DNA of 64,000 nucleotides. Origin: Candidatus Thorarchaeota archaeon SMTZ1-45 (GTDB lineage: Archaea > Asgardarchaeota > Thorarchaeia > Thorarchaeales > Thorarchaeaceae). Location of the stretch: positions 13,030-77,029 of the forward strand of contig LRSL01000055.1 in assembly GCA_001563335.1 (NCBI GenBank). Reading direction: 5' to 3'. Of this stretch, positions 39,801-47,993 are shown piece by piece (positions within the stretch are counted from its first letter, which is position 1; the number at the start of each line of letters is the position of its first letter). The notes under the pieces were generated by a model. The model made no database searches and had not been told where the DNA came from. It was given only the letters and a program-made list of their open reading frames with translations. The translations under genes were made by a program, and so were the position numbers.

Positions 39801-40425
39801 GAGAGAACTCGAAGCCATGGGACCTGTCAACCTGAAGTCTCTGACAGACTATGACTTGGAGAAAGAACGGTACGAAGAAATTGTTGACAAAAAGACTAGG
39901 TTGGAAAATGAACGAAAAGAGATACTTGTGTTCATGGAGGAACTTGAGGCTGAAAAAACACAGAAGTTCCTCACCGTCTACAACGAGATTGCTGACAACT
40001 TTTCAAAAGTTTTTGCAAAGCTTTCTCCTGATGGTGAAGCCAACCTCATGCTTGAGAATCCCGAACATCCTTTGATGGGAGGAATAACAGTCAGATCAAA
40101 ACCACGCGGAAAAGAGCTGGTCACTCTTGATGCGATGAGTGGCGGAGAGAAGACGCTTACTGGATTGGCACTCATTTTTGCCATTCAGATGTATAGTCCT
40201 GCAAGCTTCTACATATTTGATGAGATAGATGCTGCGCTTGACAATGTTAACGCTCATAATGTGGCACTACTCATCTCAGAGATGTCGAAAAACTCACAGT
40301 TTGTTGTTGTGTCCTTGAGAGACACCACAGTTCGAAAAGCTGATTTATTGGTTGGAGTATCAAATCAAGATGGAATCTCAAGGATTGTTTCAGTCGATTT
40401 GGAGGAGGTTGCTACATCAGCATGA
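36835..40425 (+). CDS. smc: Chromosome segregation protein SMC
   Basis: GFKSF, GPNGSGKSN, coiled coils, hinge GGIYGTVAELG and GLITGG, MSGGEK, FDEIDAALD. Confidence 0.97.
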   Translation: MVHIEKLVCKGFKSFGRETVTIKLNPGFTCIVGPNGSGKSNVVDAILFVLGQLSAKTLRANVFSDLLYSPPKPNMPPKAKSAHVELHFDNKDRKLQIDADRVVIERELDDSGKSVCRINGKVVTRTAVLDVLGAIGVDPNGYNLVLQGEIAQMVKVSPIERRKLIEDIAGISAYDEQKERALKKLAESESNLGKVDMQLQERRRQLEKLEEDMSDARRYQSLHNQTRTHRVDILAWSTIKGNSRIETINETLAQRAEEAESLVKEFVEVETGIQSTETEIEKIDHEIDQITGGDSTRVSEQYGIVSAAVSHVRGDLERAQAEFDKVAGEMLALSEELETVQDEISHNEQVLADKNNELTGLEKEIAGTAAEIIRLEDMSERAQIEYYETTLRLQDLNNQMRHLDEGVSEVRSTIKSDNRELGLAYEELRDAKESLEKTEAEILQLKETVPEKRTELEKSEQLERTRQAEIDDLTERLTTVDAEVAESTKIVAQTREELIKVKARQDALKEAEDAFLKRRRAIATVLELRDAGAIGGIYGTVAELGTIDPDYAVALEIAGGNRLSHIVVENERVATECVNVLKNERVGRAAFIPLDKIKTSAPGKLPKDDGVIDFALNLVKFDPKMHPAFEFVFSDTIVTEDFETAKRQGFQGQRAVSLEGDLVERSGLITGGYFQQATAGLSLQVEDTSPEIEDRLKGLEEILTELRSKQDVLRKELKSYEKEVQGLSKTNYKLRMELERLEERFEEQKSRSTILQERIDKASLTINELESQIKDLQERDDELSVQRERVRTQRDEANEALVTSDANKLNQEIKDLKEVLEQYQKQREKLQSEITSVRVAIDERLGPKAIELESKIQAHDAIIPGLEEEVKRLQMGLSEREREFEKLKEERERIDEAVKDKRVRQLELKEDLRNLRLRHEEIREAQTSNEKAVYRLQTEQGRLEADVVGFVAELNTVGSAQEALEERAEERELTYKEIEELEEKIKEIERELEAMGPVNLKSLTDYDLEKERYEEIVDKKTRLENERKEILVFMEELEAEKTQKFLTVYNEIADNFSKVFAKLSPDGEANLMLENPEHPLMGGITVRSKPRGKELVTLDAMSGGEKTLTGLALIFAIQMYSPASFYIFDEIDAALDNVNAHNVALLISEMSKNSQFVVVSLRDTTVRKADLLVGVSNQDGISRIVSVDLEEVATSA

Positions 40426-41141
40426 TGAATGAAGATTCTCCCTTCTGGGCAACTCCACCCTACATTCTTCTCACAGATGTGCTCCAACTAGATAAAGTTG
40501 AACCTTGGAATGTAGATGTCGGTAAGCTTGTGGTTGGTTTCCTTGATGAGATGAAGCGACTGGGAGATATTGATTTTCGTATCTCAGGAAATGCACTATA
40601 CTCAGCATCTGTGATTTTCATGAGAAAAACCAGAGAGTTAGTTGAACTTGGGCTCCTACCACCAGAGGAAGATGATGATGAGGATTTCGTGATTCCGCTC
40701 ATTCGTCCCCCCTTCAGACTGACAAATCGGCGTGTGACGCTTGAAGAGTTACTTGTTGCTATGGATCAGGTTCTCAGCAAGGGTGTCAGACAACGAGCTA
40801 TTACTACCAAACGAAGATACAGCTCAAGAGCGGATCCATTGACATTTGAGATGAACAAAGACCAAGCCAACATTGAGGAGACAATAGCTGATGTCTATGG
40901 AGATCTCTGCAGGATAATGAAAGTTGGAGAGGTGTCAAGGTTTACTGATGTACTTATGAATAACACAAGACAAGAGATTGTGAGAGTCTTCTTTTCACTC
41001 CTGTTCCTTTTTGCAAGAGCTTACATTGACATTTGGATGGATGAAAATAGCATCATCTGGGTAAAACTAGAGGGACCTCCTAAGGCGACTAAAAAGGACA
41101 AGTCTAGTGATGAGGGGATAAAACCAGAGATTAAGACCTAG
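40422..41141 (+). CDS. scpA: Kleisin ScpA
   Basis: EPWNVDV, DFRISGNALYSAS, RRVTLEELL, C-terminal FFSLLFL winged helix; overlaps the smc stop. Confidence 0.9.
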   Translation: MMNEDSPFWATPPYILLTDVLQLDKVEPWNVDVGKLVVGFLDEMKRLGDIDFRISGNALYSASVIFMRKTRELVELGLLPPEEDDDEDFVIPLIRPPFRLTNRRVTLEELLVAMDQVLSKGVRQRAITTKRRYSSRADPLTFEMNKDQANIEETIADVYGDLCRIMKVGEVSRFTDVLMNNTRQEIVRVFFSLLFLFARAYIDIWMDENSIIWVKLEGPPKATKKDKSSDEGIKPEIKT

Positions 41142-41151
41142 GGTGTTGTCA

Positions 41152-41697
41152 ATGGATGATGATATGATCACACTAGAAGCAGCCCTTTATGTTTCGGGTC
41201 GAGCTCTGACTTTAGAGGAACTGGCAGACATCATTGGTAAGTCTCAATCTACTGTGCAGAAGATACTTGATGAATTAAGCTTCGAATATAGCAAGAGAGA
41301 GAGTGCTTTAGAGGTAGTTGCTCTACCAAAGGACCGGTATGTGATGCAGTTGAAACCAGAACTCACTCCCCGCGTTGGTAAACTAATACCAGGAGGACTC
41401 CTCTCATTCGCAACTCTTCAGACTCTGGTTTTTGTTGCTCTCAAACAGCCCATACTTCAATCAGAGCTTGTATCTCTACGAGGAACACATTCCTATGATC
41501 ATATCAAAGACCTTGTTGACAAGAAGTTCATTGATGCTGTACCTGAGGGTCGCTCAAAGTTATTAACAACAACCCAACTCTTTGCTGATTATTTCGGTCT
41601 GGATAGTGATAGAGTCAAACTCAAAGCACAACTCAAGTTCAAAATGAAGAAAATACTTGAAGACCAGAGTGAAATTAAAGAACCATCTACACATTAG
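41152..41697 (+). CDS. scpB: SMC-Scp complex subunit ScpB (KITE)
   Basis: LEAALYVSG, LQTLVFVALKQPI, TTQLFADYFGL. Confidence 0.93.
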   Translation: MDDDMITLEAALYVSGRALTLEELADIIGKSQSTVQKILDELSFEYSKRESALEVVALPKDRYVMQLKPELTPRVGKLIPGGLLSFATLQTLVFVALKQPILQSELVSLRGTHSYDHIKDLVDKKFIDAVPEGRSKLLTTTQLFADYFGLDSDRVKLKAQLKFKMKKILEDQSEIKEPSTH

Positions 41698-41704
41698 ACC
41701 GGTT

Positions 41705-42718
41705 CTAACACACCCTTGGTATAGGCTCTCCATAAGGCACCTGGAGTATTTTACGACCTCCGATTTTAGTTCTCATGACGACTCTGGCTTTACCATCAAG
41801 AACCTTTCCAACTACACGAGCATCATTGGTGGTCTTGTGTTTTGAAAGAGCACTTAGAATGTCATCAGTATTGGTTGAGTCCACAATCATGACTGCTGTG
41901 CCTTCACAGGCCATATGAAGTGGATCAAGACCAAGTACATTACATAAGGATTGTACTGCTGGACGAATAGGAATTAGGTCTTCTTGTAGCTCAAATTCAA
42001 CCTTTGATTTTGATGCAATCTCGTTCAGTGCGACTGATGTGCCGCCCCTGGTTGGGTCCTTCATGGCATGCACTCCGCCTATATCAAGACATGAATGAAT
42101 AGGGTCCCAGAGAGGTGCTACATCACTGACCAAATTAGTATCAAACTTCAGTCCTTCTCGATGCGCTAGTAATGATGTTCCATGATCACCAACTGGTCCT
42201 GTCAGGATTATGTCATCACCTGGTCTGGCACCACTGTCTTTGATGGGATGGTCTAGGTATGGAATCCCTATGCCTGTTGTTGACATAACAATCCCATCAA
42301 GAGTGCCAGGGGGCATCACCTTTGTATCACCAGCTATCATAGCCACGTCAAGTGGTTCGATGATGCTATTGAGAGACCGAAGCATGGTTTCAAGGAGCGC
42401 GATTTCAACTCCTTCTTCTACAATCACTGTGTTTGTCATTGCAACTGGTCGAGCGCCCATAACAGCCAAGTCATTAATGGTGCCACATGCTGTCAGAGTT
42501 CCCAAATTACCACCTGGGAATACTATTGGATGTACAGTATGAGCGTCAGTGCAGACAATTAAGTTAGCACCTGCAGCTTGAAATGTGGCTCCATCGTCCA
42601 TCTCATCCAGACCTATATCCCCAATCTTTCTTCGACCAAAGGAGGGGATTATGACACCTTCCAATAGACGATGCATTACCTTTCCACCAGCCCCATGTGC
42701 TGTTTCAATCTTAGACAT
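41705..42718 (-). CDS. hypE: Hydrogenase maturation protein HypE
   Basis: AHGAGG, GTINDLAVMGA, GDTKV, KDPTRGG, C-terminal PRVC. Confidence 0.95.
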   Translation of the reverse strand: MSKIETAHGAGGKVMHRLLEGVIIPSFGRRKIGDIGLDEMDDGATFQAAGANLIVCTDAHTVHPIVFPGGNLGTLTACGTINDLAVMGARPVAMTNTVIVEEGVEIALLETMLRSLNSIIEPLDVAMIAGDTKVMPPGTLDGIVMSTTGIGIPYLDHPIKDSGARPGDDIILTGPVGDHGTSLLAHREGLKFDTNLVSDVAPLWDPIHSCLDIGGVHAMKDPTRGGTSVALNEIASKSKVEFELQEDLIPIRPAVQSLCNVLGLDPLHMACEGTAVMIVDSTNTDDILSALSKHKTTNDARVVGKVLDGKARVVMRTKIGGRKILQVPYGEPIPRVC

Positions 42719-42867
42719 TATCGATTCTCCAGCTAAGTGGTATCCTGAAGCAACCCCTGAAAGTATTTGAAGAGGTCGCTTTGGTCATGAGAAGAAGTTG
42801 GCCACTAAGCAAGATTTAAAACGAATCTACAAGGAGCCTCATTGACCTAACTAAGAGGTAGTCAGAA

Positions 42868-43245
42868 ATGGGTGTCTGGCATAGAAGATCATCACGAACA
42901 TCCACCGGAGCTCGATTAAGACGTTTCAGAGGCAAGAGAAAGCACCAGATGGGGCGAACTCCAACTGAAACTCTAATGGGTGAAGCCAAAAGAATATCAA
43001 TCGATAGTAGGAGTAAAGCAAAGAAGACCCCAGCCCTCCGTCTGACCCAGGTTAACGTTACCGACCCATCAAAAAATGTCACATACCGTGCTGAGTTACA
43101 GGATGTCGAGAAGAACCCAGCTAATATGGACTATCAGCGAAGGAAAGTCATCACACGCGGTACTATCATCAAAACCTCGAAGGGGCGTGCAAGGGTAACA
43201 AGCAGGCCAGGGCAAGATGGCATTCTGAATGCGGTACTAATCTGA
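42868..43245 (+). CDS. rps8e: 30S ribosomal protein eS8
   Basis: KRKHQMGR, NPAN, ITRGTII, ARVTSRPGQDG. Confidence 0.96.
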   Translation: MGVWHRRSSRTSTGARLRRFRGKRKHQMGRTPTETLMGEAKRISIDSRSKAKKTPALRLTQVNVTDPSKNVTYRAELQDVEKNPANMDYQRRKVITRGTIIKTSKGRARVTSRPGQDGILNAVLI

Positions 43246-43272
43246 GAAACTGGCTCTTGCTCACAGTTCTCT

Positions 43273-43668
43273 CTAAGATGATGGAGATTCAACAATCTCC
43301 GCTTCTATACTTGTTATCACGAAATCCTTTCCACCTGTGATTTTAGTAGAACTACTTCTGCATCTTGGACACTTCATAGGTGCAAAAACAGCTATCTGAT
43401 CGGGAATATCAGGGTCTATCTTTGACTCGCCTTCAAATCCACAGTCACTACAGAGGAGTCGACCTCTGACTGTCTTGATCCTTAACTCTGCACCCTCCAG
43501 GATTGAATTTCTACTGGCAATCTCGAAATTGAAAATTAGTTGTTCAGGTACAAGAAATGTGAATTCTCCAACTTCTACATTTACAACTGACACTTTTGAT
43601 GCCCTATTGCTCTTTGCTGCTTGGAGTGCAGTGTCCACAATAGAACAGGCTGCGGAGAATTCGTGCAA
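43273..43668 (-). CDS. hypA: Hydrogenase nickel metallochaperone HypA
   Basis: N-terminal MHE, CSDC and CPRC Zn ligands, GKDFVITSIE. Confidence 0.93.
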   Translation of the reverse strand: MHEFSAACSIVDTALQAAKSNRASKVSVVNVEVGEFTFLVPEQLIFNFEIASRNSILEGAELRIKTVRGRLLCSDCGFEGESKIDPDIPDQIAVFAPMKCPRCRSSSTKITGGKDFVITSIEAEIVESPSS

Positions 43669-43797
43669 CTAGTCACACCAATTGGAGCTTGTTTGAAGTC
43701 CTGTTAAGTCATTTCCGATATAGTCAAAGGTCAGACTCTTTATATGAATCAGTGTCCACGGAAGGATTGTTCTGTTATGATTTAAGAGGGAGACGCT

Positions 43798-44403
43798 TTG
43801 TCAAAGACACCTAAAGAGTCAAGGAAGAAATCTGCGTCTAAGAAAGAAACAACGAGTAGTAAAAAGACCTCATCCAAGCAGACAAAAAAGAAGGTATCTG
43901 AACCCAAGACAAAAGCTAGTGAGAAGAAGACTACTAAGACAAAGAAGACACCCGTCAAGAAGACAAGTCAAAAGAAATCAACACCTAAGATGACTGTAAA
44001 GAAAAAACCTGCGAGAAAAACTCTCAGCAAAAGTGAGAGAGAGATGCTTAGCGAACTGGAAACCGAGATACATAGTGATGACGAGCAGGTGTGTCTGGGA
44101 GCTGTCGAGCGTCTTGGCGCTTTGAAACATCCTGATGCAACACGTGTTTTGATTGTCGCATTGGCTGATCAAAGATACATGGTCAGGATTCATGCAGCAG
44201 CTCAGCTTGGTGAACGGAGGGACAAGGAGTCAGTGGATGCATTGGTAAAATCATTAAATGATGATTCAATTTTCGTTAGGCAGACTGTGGCTGGGGCTCT
44301 TGAGAACATAGGTGGTGCCAAAGCAAAGAAGGCTATCTCTAAGGCTGAGAAAGATGGTTTACTACTGGATGAATTGCCAGAGGGAAAAAGACTAGGTGAA
44401 TAG
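43798..44403 (+). CDS. HEAT-repeat (PBS-lyase-like) protein with a Lys/Ser/Thr-rich N-terminal tail
   Basis: About 78-aa K/S/T low-complexity tail; LAD...VRIHAAAQLG and LND...VRQTVAGALENIG repeats. Confidence 0.8.
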   Translation: MSKTPKESRKKSASKKETTSSKKTSSKQTKKKVSEPKTKASEKKTTKTKKTPVKKTSQKKSTPKMTVKKKPARKTLSKSEREMLSELETEIHSDDEQVCLGAVERLGALKHPDATRVLIVALADQRYMVRIHAAAQLGERRDKESVDALVKSLNDDSIFVRQTVAGALENIGGAKAKKAISKAEKDGLLLDELPEGKRLGE

Positions 44404-44471
44404 GAGTTAGATGCTTCTTTGTCATTGTCAGAGAAGTAATGTATTTGACTACATTCTGCTTATATTGAAAG

Positions 44472-45050
44472 ATGTCAGGAAGTTGTTACAAGACTAGACG
44501 GAGAATATCTATCTTGAATGAAGAGATTACGAAGATTGAGTCGCAAATCAAGGATCTCGATTTAGATTACATGCGTGGATTGGTTTCAGAGGAAGAATAC
44601 AACAGGAAAATGGCTAACTTGAAGCAGCAACTTGAACAAGTCGGTGGCTCAACACAGACTGTTTCATCAGTTCAAAGAATCGAGTCAAAGGAACTACAAG
44701 CCACTAAGCTTCATCCCCCGCCAGTTGAAAAAAGAGCCACCGTGGATCCCGTAACAGCAGTGAAAAGAGCAGTAGAGGGCATGAGAAGACTTGCGTTGGA
44801 GAGAATAGCGCAAGAAGCAGGTGTTTCAACTATGAATGCCACTCAGATCCTAAGCGACCTTCTTGATGGAAGGGAATTATCTGGAAGAATTGATCATGAG
44901 AGAGGCGACTTCATTCTTGGAACTGGGAGCGGACCTCCACCAAAGACTATTGCGGTGTGTCCATATTGTAAGAATGATTTGAAGCGAATTGCAGTAAAGG
45001 GAGAAACTGTGACCTGTACCATGTGCAAAGAGTCATTCATCATTTCATGA
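44472..45050 (+). CDS. SHOCT-like + PCI-like winged helix + Zn-ribbon protein
   Basis: GLVSEEEYNRK; ILSDLLDGRELSGRIDHERG; CPYC...CTMC. The true start may be the TTG at 44514. Confidence 0.65.
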   Translation: MSGSCYKTRRRISILNEEITKIESQIKDLDLDYMRGLVSEEEYNRKMANLKQQLEQVGGSTQTVSSVQRIESKELQATKLHPPPVEKRATVDPVTAVKRAVEGMRRLALERIAQEAGVSTMNATQILSDLLDGRELSGRIDHERGDFILGTGSGPPPKTIAVCPYCKNDLKRIAVKGETVTCTMCKESFIIS

Positions 45051-45065
45051 AATCAGTCTGGGTGG

Positions 45066-46343
45066 ATGCAAATGGACTTCTTTCAGGCTTGTCTCAAGGC
45101 TGATAATCGAGAAGCTGTAAATGCTATCAGGAAGATGATTCCATCCTCACGCCCATCAGCAATTTGGGCTGTACTTATGCATGGCGCAGCATGGCACGAA
45201 CAACGAACCTATGATACACCGCACTCAACAATCCTGGTGAATTCTATCCACAGAATGATTGAGGACCTGGGCAGCCATCCTGGACTTACACCTGAGGTCC
45301 CGTCTAAATCAGTCAGAATTACACTTGAAGAGGAGAAAAAGCTAGCAGTTCAGGAATTACTAGTTGAGCGTCTTGCCTATCATTTGGCTGATATTGACCA
45401 CTGGAATCTGGAGAAAGGACCAAGCTACAATGTTGAGAAGAGCATTGATTCACCTGACAATGCAGTACGTAAGTTTGAGAGTACAATACGACAAAAGAGT
45501 CTAGTAGGTTCCTGGGAGGCTTCACTAATTCTAGCATCCCGAGATGAGCCTATTAGGTTAAGACGTGTGATTGCTTCACTGGCAGCGGAAGAACCTGATA
45601 AGCTGGGACATGCTTTCATTATGCCAGTTTCACTCATTCTCGAGTTGCCTGGAGCTGAATATACTCGGCCTCAGATTGCATCATTGTGGCATCTAATGGA
45701 ATATCTTGTAAGAAAAATACCCTCAAAATCTCCAGATGGGTACTCTCCAGATGATAATCTGTCAAAGCTGACAAAACCGATTAGTCTGGTAGAGTATAGG
45801 AACGTCTTTTTGAACTCTATAGTGAATTATGGAATTCTTGGACACAACACAATCTTTGCTCAGAGAATTGCAGATGCAAACCAGAGAGGACTTGTGACTA
45901 AAGAGATGACTCTTTGGCTTATTGAGAAGTTGAAGCGGAACATTGGTAGTTCAATAACCTCTGCTAATGATCTAGTATACGAGAGAGTCGTGAAAAAACA
46001 AGTAGACTCAGACTGGACTCAACAGCCTGAAGTTATCAGACTTCCGCACACAAAGGACACTCAAGACTGGGTCAATTCGAGTGATATTTCTGAAATGTGG
46101 ACTACTATGACTCAGGAGAGCTCTAGTGAGTTTGAGAGTAGAGTTCCTGAGTTTGATGATGAGTGGCACTTGGTCCGATGTTGTCAATACATCATGGCGG
46201 CTCTTCTGAGTGAACCGCGAGCAGCTCATGTGATGATTTTCACTCATGCTGCTTGGAGTCTTGTAGACCATGATCTGGTACCAAATGATTTAGCAGCTCT
46301 CCAGGTTCATAGAATGCTGCGTAAACACCTGAGTGAGTGGTGA
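45066..46343 (+). CDS. Hypothetical helical protein with four conserved-looking His motifs
   Basis: PHSTIL, GHAFIM, GHNTIF, AHVMIFTHA spaced along a 425-aa ORF. Confidence 0.65.
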   Translation: MQMDFFQACLKADNREAVNAIRKMIPSSRPSAIWAVLMHGAAWHEQRTYDTPHSTILVNSIHRMIEDLGSHPGLTPEVPSKSVRITLEEEKKLAVQELLVERLAYHLADIDHWNLEKGPSYNVEKSIDSPDNAVRKFESTIRQKSLVGSWEASLILASRDEPIRLRRVIASLAAEEPDKLGHAFIMPVSLILELPGAEYTRPQIASLWHLMEYLVRKIPSKSPDGYSPDDNLSKLTKPISLVEYRNVFLNSIVNYGILGHNTIFAQRIADANQRGLVTKEMTLWLIEKLKRNIGSSITSANDLVYERVVKKQVDSDWTQQPEVIRLPHTKDTQDWVNSSDISEMWTTMTQESSSEFESRVPEFDDEWHLVRCCQYIMAALLSEPRAAHVMIFTHAAWSLVDHDLVPNDLAALQVHRMLRKHLSEW

Positions 46344-46418
46344 CCAGTCAACAAATCCGGATTCGTATTCAAGCATGCATTAAACAAATTTCGGAAGAGG
46401 AATATATCCTCTCAAGAG

Positions 46419-47981
46419 TTACTTTCCTTCTCCCTTACGATAGGACTCAGCAAGAAGATCAGGGATGTACCGAACCTGCATGTTTGTTTCCTTCATCATA
46501 TCATTGATTTGGATTGTACAAAAAGGACATTCAGTAGTCACCATGTCAGCACCTGTCGCTTCAATATACTCCTTCTTTGTTAACGCAATCTTCTGGGATA
46601 GTTCACGTAGGCCTGCTCGAACTCCACCACCAGCACCACAACAGCGATTCTTGTATGGGTCATCAATGTATTCTACACCTGGAATCATCTTGAGAAGCTC
46701 GATTGGTTCATCGTAGACGTGTTGACCTCGTCCCAAGTGACAAGGTTCGTGATAGGTTATCTTCAACTTGATCTCCCCTTTTGGTGGGACTATGTTCTCC
46801 TTCCCAATCACTTGTATCATATATTCAGCCATATCATAGACCTTGTAGAGTGGTGGTTCACCTCGCTCTGACTCAATGAAAGGTCTATGGTCTTCACGAA
46901 GTGTCTTTCCACATCCTGCACATGCAACTACCACGGTATCACAATTGTACTTTTTACAGGCTTCTTCGAATATTTCGGTCACCCTTCGTGCTGCAGCGTG
47001 AGCTGTGTTGAGGTCTCCAGTTCTGAAAGCAGGACTTGCACAACACCACTGTTCCTTCGGAACGACTACATCAATGTTGTTACGGTTCAGGACATCAATC
47101 AATGCTTTCCCAGTGTTCTGCATTCGATAGTCTATGAGACATCCTGTGAAGAAGGCAACTCGACCGCGCGGGTTGTCCACAAAGAACTCTGCGTCTTTAA
47201 CCTGCTTTAGAAGTGGCTCATCCTTAACGGGTACAGCCCTGCCAGTTTCATTGATAGAATCAAGAAATGCCTGTTGTCCCTCAGCTAATGGATAACCAGC
47301 CTCAACAGCCTTCGCACGGAGCAACTCGACTGCCAAAGCTGGGATGTCTATCTTTTTTGGACAGATATCGGTACACATCCTACAAGTCGTGCAACTATAG
47401 ACTGACTCATTCATTGCCATTGCCACTCGATCCTCAACGTCACGTGGGTCAAGCTCGAGCCTGGCAAGTTGACGAATAATCATTGGACCAGGATAATCCC
47501 AAGTTTCATGGACAATTGGACAGTTTGAAAGGCATGCACTGCATTCAATGCATTTGCGAATCTCACGAAGTTTCTCTATCTCTTCAGCACGGATGATCTC
47601 TGGATGTTGTGGTTGTTTATCGCGTGCAACGTAGGGACGGATTCGTCTAATACGAAAGGTTGTTTGAGCCATGTCAGTGACCAGGTCCTTGATGACTGGC
47701 ATCTTTTCAAGAGGTTCAAGGACTAGATTCTCATCAGGATTAACCTTGGTTCTGCATGCGATTCGGGCCGTTCTGTTTACTTTTACAGCACAGGAACCAC
47801 ACTGGCCGCCTCTGCACTCCCAGCGAAATGCCAAGCTTGAATCAAATTTGTCCTGAATATAGAGTAACGCGTCTAGGACCGTCATTCCAGGTTCATACTC
47901 AACATCGAACTCTTGAAAATACGGTGCATCATCACTGTCAGGATTATAGCGCTGCACTCTTGTTTTGATTGTCTTTGCCAT
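46419..47981 (-). CDS. tfrB: Fumarate reductase Fe-S subunit fused to CCG domains (TfrB-like)
   Basis: CRGGQCGSC [2Fe-2S]; CIECSACLSNCP and CTTCRMCTDICP; CCA and CCGAGGG HdrD-type domains. Confidence 0.85.
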   Translation of the reverse strand: MAKTIKTRVQRYNPDSDDAPYFQEFDVEYEPGMTVLDALLYIQDKFDSSLAFRWECRGGQCGSCAVKVNRTARIACRTKVNPDENLVLEPLEKMPVIKDLVTDMAQTTFRIRRIRPYVARDKQPQHPEIIRAEEIEKLREIRKCIECSACLSNCPIVHETWDYPGPMIIRQLARLELDPRDVEDRVAMAMNESVYSCTTCRMCTDICPKKIDIPALAVELLRAKAVEAGYPLAEGQQAFLDSINETGRAVPVKDEPLLKQVKDAEFFVDNPRGRVAFFTGCLIDYRMQNTGKALIDVLNRNNIDVVVPKEQWCCASPAFRTGDLNTAHAAARRVTEIFEEACKKYNCDTVVVACAGCGKTLREDHRPFIESERGEPPLYKVYDMAEYMIQVIGKENIVPPKGEIKLKITYHEPCHLGRGQHVYDEPIELLKMIPGVEYIDDPYKNRCCGAGGGVRAGLRELSQKIALTKKEYIEATGADMVTTECPFCTIQINDMMKETNMQVRYIPDLLAESYRKGEGK

Positions 47982-47993
47982 CTTCTAGCCTCC

